NCBI GenBank assembly: GCA_002633005.1 | Contig: NMRA01000274.1 | Span: 39,817-103,816 of the forward strand | From: Phoronis australis | Taxonomy: Eukaryota > Animalia > Phoronida | DNA length: 64,000 nucleotides | Direction: 5' to 3' | Part shown: in pieces, positions 26,901 to 41,900 of the stretch | Numbering within the stretch: position 1 is the first letter of the stretch | Layout: every line of letters starts with the position of its first letter | Translations under genes and position numbers: made by a program | Notes under the pieces: model-generated | Database searches by the model: none | What the model saw: the letters and a program-made list of their open reading frames with translations, nothing else | Told to the model about the DNA's origin: nothing

Positions 26901-29900
26901 AGTCAGTTGCACACAGTTCACACAATCCTTGACATATCAGTCTTATATTTGTTGCATGAATCACTCACCCTGGTCACTCGAATGCAGGCCTCTACAGATG
27001 CCAGGATGAAGTAAAGCCCACCGACACCCAAAACCTTATGAAGTGTTGGGCCAAGACGTGGCCTGAAATAAAAGACACCGCAATCAATTTAACATACCAA
27101 TATTCGTCAGTAACACTGGCAAGTCAGTTTTTAAATTTAGGCTACAACGTCGGGGAACAAAATGGTGTAACGCAGTCCATTGAGGTAATAAGCACAATAC
27201 TCTTAGTTCATTCAGCCATGTTTATTGTGCAGCCCGCAACAAACTAGACTCTAATACAGGAGAGTGGAGATAACTCGCAGGGGAAATAATAGCTTAGCTA
27301 GAGGATTTACATCATATTCTGACTAAAACATACAAAGTGCATTATTTACATTCACCTAAACCAAAACTGAACTCATTTCTAATGGTCAGCTAAGGCAACA
27401 CACTTTGCAGGAAGATAAATCCTTTGCTTAATACTCACTTGACAATACCGAATCCCACGCTGACTATGACCACAAGCATTCTTGCCAGCGCCCTCTTGAG
27501 GCATGAGGTCAGTTCGGCCATGATGATGAGGCCCTTGACCGACTGGCCTGTCTGGTCAATGCTGCGATACTCGGCTTCGTACATAGCCTTTTCCAACATG
27601 CCTGGAATCGATATGCAAGAAGGTAAATATCTCAATAGCACCTCGTCCTGTTGAAGTCAACAAGCAACAAGAGCAGCAACGGTCCCACCCATAGAAACGC
27701 ATGTGTGCATTCAGATCCTCAGCTCAGACGATCCAATGCTCATGAACTGCTTGTTGGTCGCCCCCTTTTGTTGCTCAGGCATGTTACAAAATAAAGCTGC
27801 AACGAGCAATATTTCTTTTTCTTCTGTTGTAATTAACTGACTTTTGTCATTCAAACAATGATAAAGTTCAATTTCCAATAACAGATTTAGTTTTCTAGTC
27901 TGCAGTGTCTGAAATTGGGCGAGGAAATATGTCGCCACCATCAGGCAGTGGTTATCACTGACATCCATCCCTGTTCCCAAATCCCCAAACAAAAGAAGAC
28001 CCTCCAGGTGCTGTGGTCAATGGCAGTTGTAATCCCAACCAATAAAAAATGTTCATACTTGCCGGCTGGGAAGTGAGATGCAGCACCTAATGACTTACCG
28101 AGGAAGATGACACCACCAATCCAGAACTGTATCCGAAGGAGGTCCCGCCAGAAGCAGGCCAACATCAGTAACCAACCAATGGCGTAAAATGTGTAGAGAG
28201 CGCAGAGAACGCCATAGAACTGGGGAAATTAATGACACGAACGCGATTACATCACAAGTTAAAGCAGACCGCCACAGTAGATTATATCAAAGTGCATTCA
28301 GCGCTAATTTGGTCACGTTGAAAGAGTGGATTTCAAACTACAACAAAACAAGCTTTACATGGTGAGTCCAGCAGTACAGCCAATTAGCAAATTCGCCACT
28401 CGACTCGTATCCTTGGGCCAAACTAGACCCTAATTCCCCATACTAAAAATTCTGAGGATTCCACCTCAAAGCACAAATTAAAGCAAAGTCTTCTGAAGGT
28501 GCACCGAGTATGACCTTAAAAAGAATTGTAACCATGCACGAGCAAGAAAAATAATGACCACAAATGAGCACGCAAATTTTTGCTGTGATATCGACATATT
28601 CAAGATCACTGAATATAAGTGTCCGCAGCTGTAGCTAGCTGGTTGAAAAGTGATGAAGTCGTAAAGAAGATTATTTTGTGTTCAGTGCACTCTAAGTGAC
28701 AGCGAATGTCTATGTTGCAGATACTGCGCCATAGACATCACTAACAATATCTAGACAAAGAACCACATTGTTGTGTCTCTCAACCTCTCGTTAAAACGAT
28801 ACTAAACCCTGTTTCGATAATTTTCACCAATCCTCGTTCTGTCACCTGCTAGTGCATTATTGGCGTCAATCTTAGAAGTTAAAGGAATAAATTGGAAACT
28901 TGTGCTCCCTGTGTCACAGCTTGGACATTATGTTACCTGGTGGCTGGTCTTTTCCTACAGTTGCCGTGTAATTTGCTACAAGCGTTGGTCACCCCTGCCG
29001 TTTAACACACTTTGAAAGAAGTTTTCAAATTTTTCTCCAAACTTTTGAGGGCAAAGGGTTACAGAATATTATTTTGTTTCAGAGAACTGGATGGGAAAGT
29101 AGTTTTTAGTAGTTTTATTCATGAATCTCAAAGACACTGTTAGGATTTTCGATATAAAGGCCTACTTTTTGCGTAATGTAACAAAAGCGAATATGACTTC
29201 TACTTTTTACAAAAATACCCTTACATTAAAATTTGCGAATTGATTTGTCATAGAAATCAAAATGAAAAGACTATTAAAAGATTCTGAACGGCATTTTTGA
29301 GGTAACTGGTGAAGTTTTCATCGACCGAGGGGTCATTTTGCTACGAATGTACATTTCTTAAACATGGAATTTTGACTTCAAAAAGGTGTTAACATAATAA
29401 TAATAATGACACATAAATATAAAACTTATTTTTATTTCCCTGATCTTTGTTTTTCTTTCACTAGTTGACAAAGCCTATTTTTTCGATATATGAGTTAAAA
29501 TGGAAGCCGCTGAATAAGGTTTGAAATAACCTTAATAGGCCAAAACTGGTTTGGTATCCTTTAAATAGTACTGCACGCCACATCACAATCAAGAATACAA
29601 CTTCCCTAAGCAAGGAAGAATGCTTTATGCCACCAATCTGAGTCCGATGCAGAAACAGTCCAGTGGTTCATAGCCATACCGCGATTGACTACTTAATTAT
29701 GCGTGTTAGAAAGTAGCAACACTGACAACTTTGAGCTGCTACAAATCGCCATAAAGATGTCGAAAACTTAATGATAACTTTATTTAGACAACTTGCCGCG
29801 GTTGTAAAAGTGGTCTCAAGTTGTTCCTAATTATGAGAAATGGTTTCTGTACTTGAAAAGAACCAACAGTACTTCATAACTAGAGTCCTGTGCTCCACGC

Positions 29901-32900
29901 ATAAAAGTGACCTGCCTTAGCAAACCACCTCCCTAAGCCTGGTTTGAAGCAACAATCAACGATCAGAAATCACCTCTAAGAACCACAAAGAGAACTGTTT
30001 TGTCACAGTAAGCTGTCTAGATTGAAAGTTGTTTTTGACAGGTTGACGCAAGTCTTAACATAGCACAAATAACATGTTGCCAAACAATAATTACTGGTGT
30101 GTCACACTTGATCAATTCATCGGTTGCTAGTATTGAGCTTGATAAAAACATGATTTCCAGGACATTTGAGGAGTCAAATAAGTTCAACTTACAGGAAGAA
30201 AAGGCCAGTCAATGGCAGACAGGAACTGCTTGTCTTCACACGGTCCAAAGTACATCTCAACAGAGGCTAGAAACAAAAAAAACATGTGAGATCATTGTCA
30301 AAATCTCAAAATCACATAGGAAGACCACAGAAAGTTCTTAGACTTCCTGGTCATCCAGTGTTAAACGACATAGAAAATGCACATAACACCTGGGTACATC
30401 ATCGAGAAGATTGCAATTTAGTAAATTCACTGGCCATCACTCGAAAAAGCGCATCGGAGTTTATTGAGGTTGGCCAACTCTAAATCAGCAAATTCGAAAG
30501 TGGCGCGAGTTCACATTGCCTGTGACTTGAGTTGTTAACAGATTTGTTTGAAGTGGAATTCTATCATGGTCAGGAATGATGAGAACCAATGCATGTGAGC
30601 CAAAAGGCACAAGTCGATTTTCGCAGTGCTAAAGAGGGCAAAATAATGCCAAATATTAGATGACTCGTCACACGAGATTAATGCGTACCTTTGACTGTCT
30701 TGATCTTTTTAGCATCTGCTGGTAGAACTGGCTCAACGAACAGGACGAACAAGTAGTTCCCATTTTCCCAAGTCTCATGTACTTTGTGTTTCTCCACCTA
30801 AATAGTGAGCGAATGATTGTCAAATTACTTAAAAGCAACAACAGGTGAAAACAAAAACACATGGGCTTAGCAGCATTACAGTTCCAGGTCTACAAGTCAT
30901 CAACACGTTTTGCTGACGAGACTACTGGTCTTGAAGCCTTATGCAGTGCACTCTCCCAAAACTTTTGTAATGGCACGTGTCTTGCCGTGGAACCTTCTCT
31001 GTAGCAAGTTGGCGCCTCTTATTTTACCTGATGAATACCGTTAACCGAGAGAATTCCCCATTGCTTGTACTGCTTGATTCGTCAACTCAAACTTGATTGA
31101 CTGAGATTTGAAACCTGTTCTAGCCATGTGACCGAGCTGGCACTGTATGAGGCTTTGAACATCTTTTGCTGATTAACACTGAATCCTAAATATGACGAGT
31201 TGAAACGCACTGTATATCAAACACAGGTTGTGCTGAAGGACTCAAGAATTTAAAATCGGAACACATTTTTGGGCTATATTTGGAGGGCCTGTTTGTGAAA
31301 AAAACACAGTAACCAGAAGAAATGAGCTCTCACTTCCCTAAAAGTATTTCCCCCCATTAACAAAATTTAGAAATCAATTACCCAAAAATGTCTAAAACAC
31401 CAAAGTATGATGTTAAAATGGTCATAATTTTGCTTTTTTTAAAACACCAACTTTTGATACGAACCAATTCCTGATAAAGCAAGGGTCTCAATTTGTTCCT
31501 TTACTTAGACGAAAGACAATAATTTTTATATCAAGGGGCTCTATTAGTCACCTAGACATGGCAAATTAGTTCCTGTGGTGAGACTAGCCTCAAGAATTGG
31601 CAAATTGCCAGTTCTTCCCAACCCCAGAAGTCGCTTTGAATAAGAACGAGGAACAAATAACAACCAGCCTTATAAAGGTACGGAGCCTAAATGAAAGACA
31701 AATTTTAAGACAAAAAGCCAGTACATTACACCTTTAAGGTAAGAACCAGGCAAGACTTACACATGTCTTGGGAGGCGGAGGTTTAACACTGGGCTTTGGT
31801 GAACTTGGACTTTTTGTAGTCGTCGTAGTCTTGGGAGGATTCTCCTGAACAACACAAACAGGGGAGATAACAGTTTTCTCCAAACAATTCTATAGTGTTC
31901 AAAAAGACAGCACTCAACTATCAATTTTACATATAAAAGGACCACCTTTCTATATCTTTTTTTCTAAATGAAGCCTTTCATCAGATATCTATGCAAAATG
32001 CATTTGTAAGAAAGGCAGCCAAGTACGTTTAACAATAGAGAATGAATGTTCATAGTACAGGAATAGAGTAGTTACCAATCAGCGAGCTACAGAAAATAAA
32101 TAGTGAAATTGTAAAATCAGAGAAGCAGTTGAAATCATGAGCAATAAACCAAAATTGAACAGAGACAGTGGATGTGAATTACCAGTTATTTACCAAAACC
32201 TCCTAGCCAGCCACCGGATATTGTTGGATATCCGCCAGGGACTACCCACTGGTGACCATGTGACGTGAAGATTTCCACCAGTACCCTGACGAAGGGACTA
32301 GAACAGGCCCGAAGGCTAGGTCCGCAAACACAAACAGTCGCCAATAGGTAACTACTCCATTCCCTATACTTTTGTCCTCTAAGGGACGGGAGCCTATCTA
32401 TCTCAGTATGTAGCTTCTCATATTATGACAAGTTACCTACTTTCCAATAAAATAGCAATTTTACATAGTTGGTGAACTAGAATTGCTACCTCATATTCTG
32501 TTTCTCTATCGGAAACAATAAATCAAAATATCATAGCAGATGCAGCAGGAATTTCTTAGCTGCAACGCTTCTTGCGAAAGTTAAACGAACACGCTGACAA
32601 AGTAAAAACATAACAATGCAGTGCTACATGTGGCGACCTGTAGCTCGCCAATGTGACCTCAGAGTGTGTTTGGAAACCGGTGAAAAATCCCCAAGTCACC
32701 ATGAAGTTGTCACAGTGAGTAACAAAGTCCGACAATAATTCACCCGAAACTCACTTCAAAATTTATGTTGACTACCAAACTTCACAATAATAACATTCAT
32801 TCCTAGATGCAATACCTTTGGTTCACAACTCTTCCGTTTATTTCGTGAAATCAAAGTATGTGCCACCCTCAGCAGTCAGCACGCATCAAACCTGCTTAAA

Positions 32901-35900
32901 TAATTGGAATTGTTCGGCAAAAATCGGGCCAGGTTGGACCACAAAACACCCGTCTCCAGATTATTTGATCGTTTACGTTCTCCGTTTGTAAGAGAAATTG
33001 AGATAGAGATTGCATATTTGTGGGAGAAATGGAAGAGTTATGTCTAATTTTAAATTTCCAACAATGCTGAGAACAGCAGGCATGTTTTTGTTTGGTCAGG
33101 CATTTCCAACTTTGAATCAGTTTTGGAAACCTCAGTTTTTTATTAGGCAACCTGGGAGTTTCGATAAGTTGCATTTGGTGAGTTGGCGTTGTCAAGCACT
33201 GCAATGGAAAATTTTCGGTACGTACAGCTTTGCGTTTCCTTCTTTTACTTGGAGGGGGTTTAGCAGAAGCCAAAGGCTTAGATGTCGGTTTGATCTTCAC
33301 ACCCACTGTAGTGGTCTTTTTTGTAGATTTATCTCCTTCATTTTCCTTTTCTTTATCCCTGACTGATTTCCCACTGTCAGGCTGGCTCAATGTCTCATTA
33401 TCCTGTTGACGTACAAGTAAGAAATAACAAGATGCTGAATGTAGAACACGATATGTTCCCTAACCCTGAAGCAGGCACCTGCATGCGAAATTACTAGATT
33501 TGTCCAGGTATGACACTAAAATTCATTGAGCTTGGATTATCTTTATTGGTAAGATCAGAGATTTGCCAGGTCAAAAATTAAACAACCTAATGGAAGCTTG
33601 AACACCTTTATTTCAGGTCGCCTGATCCCAATAGAAATAAAACGACAAAACTTTTCATGACAACACTCACACTTGGATAAATACAGACGTTTGTCTGAAT
33701 TAAAAGTTTCCGTGAAAACGTGTAGTCGTTTTCTTTCTATGTAATGTTACGACCAAAAACTGAGCTTGGCTGATACTGTTCAAGCTCTTAGGACTTCTTC
33801 ATTCAATATTCCACACGGAAATTGCACAACATCTCAACAGCTCAAACTGCATTGTCACAAGCGAACAGAACATATTAGTAAAAGAGTAAAGGATAAGATT
33901 TAATAAGTCTTTATACTAAGTCTTTAAAATGTCCATTGAATTAAACATAAAGACTTCTTATCCTTTACTTTTTCTGCAACAATATATCATGTTCGTTACG
34001 CCAAATATCAGATGTCATTTGTCATGTCGTGTTTGATTTTACTTTATTTCTGAATCTGTAGACAAAGGATGTTATGATTATATTCGAAAATTTCAGTTGA
34101 TCCATTATTGTTGTTTCATTTACCTATATATAGTAATAACAAAGAAATTGGTAAGGCAAATTTGTTTGGTATAATTCACATGAAAGTTCAGGTAAAGGGA
34201 ACTGTACATATGTCTAAACTGTTTTAATTAGCTCTAAATTAACCACCTCTCCACCTGCATCGTCATTTAGGGTCTTGCGGATTATAAAGGGAATCGATGT
34301 CAACTGAAACGAAAACAAAAATAGACAATGTTGAAACGCAATAAATCAAGACTGAATGAAATAGTCACGACTGTCATTATCATTCAGCAACGGATGGCAA
34401 ACTTTTAAGCTACATTTCATCCTGTTTAGCTGGCTAAAGGCAACAATCAAATTAGGCCATTTACTCGCACATAATCTCACTCATAAAACTCCTTACTGCG
34501 ATAGGATTTTATTTCCGTTACCAACTCAAGTTACAGACAATGTGTACATACCCCTTTTTCAAATTTGCAATTTGAGGGCTAGCCAACCTCCATGAATTCT
34601 AAAGCATTTTCAAATTCGCGATTTCAGGGCTGGTCAACCTCAATAAACTCTGAAGCGTCTCCTTGAGTCATGGCGCGTGTTCACATTGCCAGTGACTCGA
34701 GTTGGTAACTAAATCCTGTCACCGTAAGGAATATATCTTAATTTGTCACATCAAATCAAACTTAATTAATGGCAGTTTGAGATCTGGGAATTCCAAATGA
34801 CAAAAATAGCTCTGTATGGGGTTTCAAATCAGAATGCCCTTTTAATTTTCAAAGAATCAAAAGAGCCACCAACCAACATTTTTTGCTATTTTACCCTTAT
34901 TGCTGTATTAAACGCAGTATAAATGTAGGTATGTACACCTTATCGTGTCTTACCGGTAAGTCCATATTTTTTTCACACTCGAATATTCCCGAAGCGTTGG
35001 CATATCTGACATGTGTATAGTGTAGCTGTTCAAAGGGGACAATCCTCGGTTCGTCCAGGTACATTTTCCAAACTTTCTGCAATATTCCACGCAAAGTTAG
35101 TACAACAGCAACTTAATGTCAAACTCAACTAAAACTAAGTCACCAAAATTTTATCAACACTAGCATTTACTCATTTGGACTTTTCGTAGTAAATGCCAGA
35201 TCTCCCAATTATGTACTCAAACATGTTTGAAATGTTTTGTACCACGATTGGAATACTCGAGCCATGTTTGAAAAGCCAGAGTTACAAGACAAATGATTGA
35301 AATAGTGTTGAATATTGGTACTTATATTTATTATTTTACTGCGAAAATCCTGATGACACGCCCAGGAAGTGAAAATAACGTGTACGATGTTTTCTCTTGT
35401 AGTTCGTACACTCTATCACTTCGTAAACAGCGCTTGAAACATGGTGTTTGTCTCTAATAGTTTGTACAGTAGGAGTCTGAAGGGAAAATAGTTCGTACAC
35501 ATATTTGTGCCAGAAAAAATAATTTGCACACATTTTTGGATAGGTAGAATGGAAATTCGTATTCTTATCAAAAAACACAAATCAATAAGTGGTAATTCTA
35601 TTCGGGTAATCGGAATCCGTGATTTGCTATACTACGCTAAAATAGAGCCCGAAAAGTCGTTTCTCAGATCGCCATTTTTGGCGACAGCAAATGTGGAAAT
35701 AGCGATAACATTTTCCAGTGTGTCGCCAAATACCGGTAAAAATGTCATAACAGCGGTTTTCCCAACAAAGGTTCTGCTGCCATCAGATTTGTCCTTCTTG
35801 AAAAAGTTTACAAAGTTGCGGAACAATAGTACCATGCCGTCCTGAGGTCTTGTTAGCGATGATTCCAGCAACTGTAGGGCGCAGACGTCAAGTGACAAAG

Positions 35901-38900
35901 CTGCACTCCACTTGGATCGGTGGCAACAGAGCAGAAGTGTGCGCGTGCAAGCTTCATGTGTTGCAGACGTTACATCATAGATTAAATTTACAGGTACAGC
36001 CCCCTGACATGAGTAGAACTGTGCACATATTAGCCGCCAAATTGTGAGTCAGAGAGCTATTAATCAGTTATCTGACAAAATAAATGTTTGAAAAACTAAT
36101 TCAGGTATATGTTTTTGTGACAGAATGTTTATAAGCGAGTCTCGTGATCCAATGAATTGTATGGCTGTCAAACACCTGGCGCCACTCACTTGCCGTTGCG
36201 TGGAACAGGCTTCGCAATGAAAATAAGAATCAGAGGTAAGCGTACATGAGCCAGTCGTCAATCAAAAGTTACTGCAAAGGCATTACTCAACAACAAGTAT
36301 TTGCTTAATATTTTATGTAAAAAATACTAATGACTTTGACTGGGGAGGAGTCTATTGAACTGGGGGGTCCTAGGGAAAAATAGTTCATACACGTATATTC
36401 GTCCGTAGAAAAAACTTGTAGACAAAGCGCCAATTATTTGAGTAATCGGCACCTGTGGTTTGCTATACGACTAAGTTAGGGGCAAGCTCTAACCAGCAAT
36501 GCGTACTTACTGAGTACGCAAAAGTTCGGTGTCAGTTGTAATCAACCGAGACTCAATGCTTGACAGCTGCAGGTCACATTTGTGAACTGAAATTTGGAAA
36601 TGCGAGCCGAGACTTTGGTTATCTCGTATCAAATCGCAACATGCTACCTGGAATTTCTCCCAAGTAAGCGAGGTTAGTTTTGGGTGGCACGTAGATACCT
36701 AGCAAACATATCGTGTGACTACAGTCGTAATTTGGTTGTTTCCGGATCAAGCTGAACACTAACACAAACAGCCCTCTTCATTGAGTTGTAAACTTGTCGC
36801 GTGAACACGGGACAATTCAGAACCGATCTCCTGATTAGCCCATTACAATATCCATGATAATATTGCAGTGCGGCACTGGTCAGTCTTCAACATGCATCTC
36901 ATTTTTTATGGAAGACAGCAAACAAATTCCAAAGCCCATCTTTCTGGGACTGAGCACGCGCGTATGCATGAGTCACCTGTCACCCACATATGTTGCTGCC
37001 AATGTAACATGCACTCCAGTGATTCAAGTTTGGGAACTCTTGCCCACACCATTCCAAAGCAAACAAATTCCAAAGCCCATCTTTCTTGGGCTGAGCACGC
37101 GCGTATGCATGAGTCACTTGTCACCCACATATGTTGCTGCCAATGTAACATGCACTCCAGTGATTCAAGTTTGGGAACTCTTGCCCACACCACTCCAAAG
37201 CAAACNNNNNNNNNNNNNNNNNNNNNNNNNNNNNNNNNNNNNNNNNNNNNNNNNNNNNNNNNNNNNNNNNNNNNNNNNNNNNNNNNNNNNNNNNNNNNNN
37301 NNNNNNNNNNNNNNNNNNNNNNNNNNNNNNNNNNNNNNNNNNNNNNNNNNNNNNNNNNNNNNNNNNNNNNNNNNNNNNNNNNNNNNNNNNNNNNNNNNNN
37401 NNNNNNNNNNNNNNNNNNNNNNNNNNNNNNNNNNNNNNNNNNNNNNNNNNNNNNNNNNNNNNNNNNNNNNNNNNNNNNNNNNNNNNNNNNNNNNNNNNNN
37501 NNNNNNNNNNNNNNNNNNNNNNNNNNNNNNNNNNNNNNNNNNNNNNNNNNNNNNNNNNNNNNNNNNNNNNNNNNNNNNNNNNNNNNNNNNNNNNNNNNNN
37601 NNNNNNNNNNNNNNNNNNNNNNNNNNNNNNNNNNNNNNNNNNNNNNNNNNNNNNNNNNNNNNNNNNNNNNNNNNNNNNNNNNNNNNNNNNNNNNNNNNNN
37701 NNNNNNNNNNNNNNNNNNNNNNNNNNNNNNNNNNNNNNNNNNNNNNNNNNNNNNNNNNNNNNNNNNNNNNNNNNNNNNNNNNNNNNNNNNNNNNNNNNNN
37801 NNNNNNNNNNNNNNNNNNNNNNNNNNNNNNNNNNNNNNNNNNNNNNNNNNNNNNNNNNNNNNNNNNNNNNNNNNNNNNNNNNNNNNNNNNNNNNNNNNNN
37901 NNNNNNNNNNNNNNNNNNNNNNNNNNNNNNNNNNNNNNNNNNNNNNNNNNNNNNNNNNNNNNNNNNNNNNNNNNNNNNNNNNNNNNNNNNNNNNNNNNNN
38001 NNNNNNNNNNNNNNNNNNNNNNNNNNNNNNNNNNNNNNNNNNNNNNNNNNNNNNNNNNNNNNNNNNNNNNNNNNNNNNNNNNNNNNNNNNNNNNNNNNNN
38101 NNNNNNNNNNNNNNNNNNNNNNNNNNNNNNNNNNNNNNGGTCTGACCTGAAGTTGTCGCCGATATGATTTGGCCACCAAAAGTCTCTATTTGCTTCAAAA
38201 CTTCCTTTTTTGCGGCATGGTTTGTGTGTCCCATATCCATGGGATGCTTTCAACTTCGTTTCAGTCTCTTTTGAAATCATACTCCAACAGTATTTCAAAA
38301 AACATCCGATAAAGTACCGATTGAGAACGAAAAACAGCTGCAAAATGGCGCTTGTTACTATGCTGTTTCTATGATCGGAAATAGCCGAAGTCACCCACGT
38401 GACTGGCTCGTCCAATGAAAATGCTAGAAAGTGACGTCATTGCCTATGAATATCCGTTAGCCAATCAAAATGATGAAAACAGCATATTTTTAGCAGCAGT
38501 TCCTGGAAAGTACACGAGTATTATGAATGAACCTAAGGGGAATTCTGAAAATAGAGGTCATGACCTTTCTAACAGTGTACAACATGGCGGTGTCGGAGAT
38601 CTGGAACTGCCGTGGACAAGCTGTTGTTTTGGACAAAATTAGGAGACTAAATGCGTTCAAACCAAAATTTTTTGGAAGGGTACGTTTAAAAAACCGAAGA
38701 ATTCAATAAAAAGGGTTAGTTTTATCACTTCTTGGACCACAGAATATTGATTTAGGATGATTATAAGGATCGAAAATGAGAAAATCTCAAATTGTCAAAA
38801 TAACATCAAAAATGGTAAAATCGTTTGTAGCGTCCCACCTTAACTAATAGTTGTTTTTCTGAATTAACAGTAAGGAAATCAGTTTGAATTTTTACTCAAG

Positions 38901-41900
38901 GAGAACCCTATGCTACATCTACTTTGATTACTGCGATTGGCAGCCGTGGCAACACATAAAACACAATGAAAAAAAATCACGGAACACTGATTTGAAACAA
39001 AATCAGGCTCTTGCGTATTTCCATCGAGAATCAACAAATTTTCGGGACCTGCACTGATAAAGTTTTGTAACACTTTTCAAATAGGAATATTATTGAAAGC
39101 AAAAAGGAGAACTCAGCAAGCAACCAACAAGAATACAGTTGGAAACGAGCAGTATTTTGACCACACGCTAAGCCCACAATGCAACACTGGTGGTTAAGAA
39201 TAAGACTTACCTCTTTTTCCTCGTTATATGAATATTCCTCAGAACAGTTAGAGAAACGAAGCAACCAGCTGATTTTCACTTTTACTGGCTTGTCACCACT
39301 GGCAGAGCAGTTTACTGCGGATAGAAAGTAACGTGTCTATCAACACACACACACAAGAACAGCAATTGTTATACATAATTTTTTGTTATCTGAAGTGTTC
39401 CATAGACCTAAAGTAGCGAACTTAACCATAATCCTTCTGGCTGTCCTATTCCCTGAGTTCATCCATTAACTGATTATCTGCAGTACTGGACACGGAATAA
39501 AACACTCCAGTTTGCGACACAATATGGCAGACACGTGGAATTTCATTTCGTCAAAATTGCTCAACAAAAATGATTTTCCAGGAAAATTTACTTTGCTTTT
39601 ACTAGTTTAAGCGTGGTTTGTATGGTGCAACGATTACCAAACAAAATTAGATAAAATTTGAATATTTGCAACAATGTGGGAGGAAGATCCCTGAAAAATA
39701 GGAACATGACGATTTTTGCAAAGATTATCGTCACAAACTGAAGAATTGTTATCATAAATCTCCAACAAATAAATGGTTTTCCTCTCTCTTAGACCTTTCT
39801 TTAATCTAAAGGCATTGTTTTGGCACAACCTTGAATATAATGACGGCCATTTTGTTTCAGGCGTTGACGCTTAGGTCTATCAAAAGAGTAATGTTAGCAC
39901 TTACAGCCATGGACGCAAAAAAAAACTGCCATTAAGAGGCGCCACGGTCATCGAAATCACCCAAAATCACCGTCAGCTATCCTCTTCACAGCAGGAACAT
40001 ATATGCCAATTTTCACAGTCATCTTTGGTGATAGAGGGGCACACACCAAAAAGCAGACTCGAAAACATTAAGAATGGTCATTAGGTGTCACAAAATAAAC
40101 TAAATCCACACGAAAACGAGAACATAGTGTTATTTCACTAATACCTACCAATTTGCTAAATTTTATGAAAATCCATTACGGACCTCCAAAGATACAGAGG
40201 TAAGTGTAAAAAATAAAACTGCCACTAGGGGGCACACTGGTAGAACGCTTATGACGTCCCATCCATGTAAGGAACATACCTGCAAAATTTCATGAACATA
40301 CATCTAAGGGTTTTGGAGATCGAACAGCAGATGCTGGACGGACAGACGAAGAGGGATGACGGCATAACGCATCCACACATAAAAATGTGGGTGCAAAAAA
40401 AATGAACATAAAACCGTCTTATTTACAAGCATTAAAACACATAAACAAAATGATCAGTTTGGAGCTTTATCAATGTGGCTTACGGTAAAAATTCTGCGGT
40501 TTGAGACAGTTTCTAAAATGTGGGTCAGTTTCTAAAATTTGGGACACTGAAATTCAAGCCAAAATTGAATTGTTTGATTCTGAAGATTGGGACACAGGTA
40601 ACTTTGGCATAGATTACATTTCTCAAATATAATACACTGCATTTTGCATCAACAAAGTCTATGATAAATCGGTAAAAATAGCTGCGAATGCAAAATTCGC
40701 CTTCCGTGTGATTCTTGACTTAAGGACAGCCAATGTTGTCTTTTCCTGCAATAAATTTTTCAATGACCTCAAACAGCTGAATTTTAACCGTAGTTTCCCA
40801 GTTACTCACGTGTGGTGCTTATTGTGGTAGCATTGTAAGAAACCTTTGAAAATCCATATATAAAACTGCCTTCTTTAAGCTGAAACAGATAAATCAGATA
40901 TTACTTTATATACAAATTAGAAATTGCAGATGAAAAAGCATCTGCAAACCATTCATGTGTCACTTCTCTATTTTGTGAAGTTGTTAACAAGACGTCTCAA
41001 GAGGACACAACACTAAGCTGTAAGATTTCAACCCTAGCAACCAATCACCACAATATATAAAATACAACTGCAGGCAGTCTGCTACACATAGCATCAGCTG
41101 TGCGAAGGCTCCTCAAGTGGGCCCATTGCAATCATCACCTGGAACCTTTTTTACGCTTTACTAATATATTAGTTAAAACTAGAGGAGGCAGAGACCTGCT
41201 TCAAGTGTCTAACAGTAAGGTAATCAAACACATAAGATTAAGTAAAAGAACAAGACACCTATCCCACTAGGCTACACTGGTTGAGCACAGGGGTCAAGCA
41301 GTCTGTGATTTAACAAACCACACACTAATGAGATGGGTAGTTATTATAATTGATTGTCAAAATCATGGGCCAGGAACACTATTTTTGACAAACAGTAGCA
41401 CTGTCATAAAAAAGCGACACTATACGAGTGTAAAAATACAAGACTTCAGTACAATATTGTATTTTGTGATTAATCCATACAGCCTTTGGACAATTCCCTT
41501 CAGCGGATTGGTAAAGGGGGCTAGATTCATAAAGTATAAATCCAGAGCCAGCATTTCATTGTAACCGTGGCTAATTAACTCTCAACATCAATAAACCTAG
41601 TCGCCACTCTAAAAGTTCAGCTATTCACTCATTATCTGTAATGCTCCCAGTAAAGTAGAAAGATCACCCAAGTGCGGTGGACGTCATAAGCAATGCATCG
41701 GCAACAAATGATCAGGGAATGCTACACTTTTTACATCATTTTGGCGTCAATACTGTGATCAGTAATTATTCCAAATTTCACCAAACCTTCCCTGCAAGTG
41801 GAAGCTTAAACAATTGATCAAAAAACAATGGAAGCTTACCACTGTAGATCAAGTTTATCTGTTCAACTTCTTGCTCAGCGACACCAGGCTTATGCCCCAC

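Noticed and set aside
36854-38415. 350-444 aa ORFs
   Set aside because: Artefacts of the N gap plus the 141-bp repeat.
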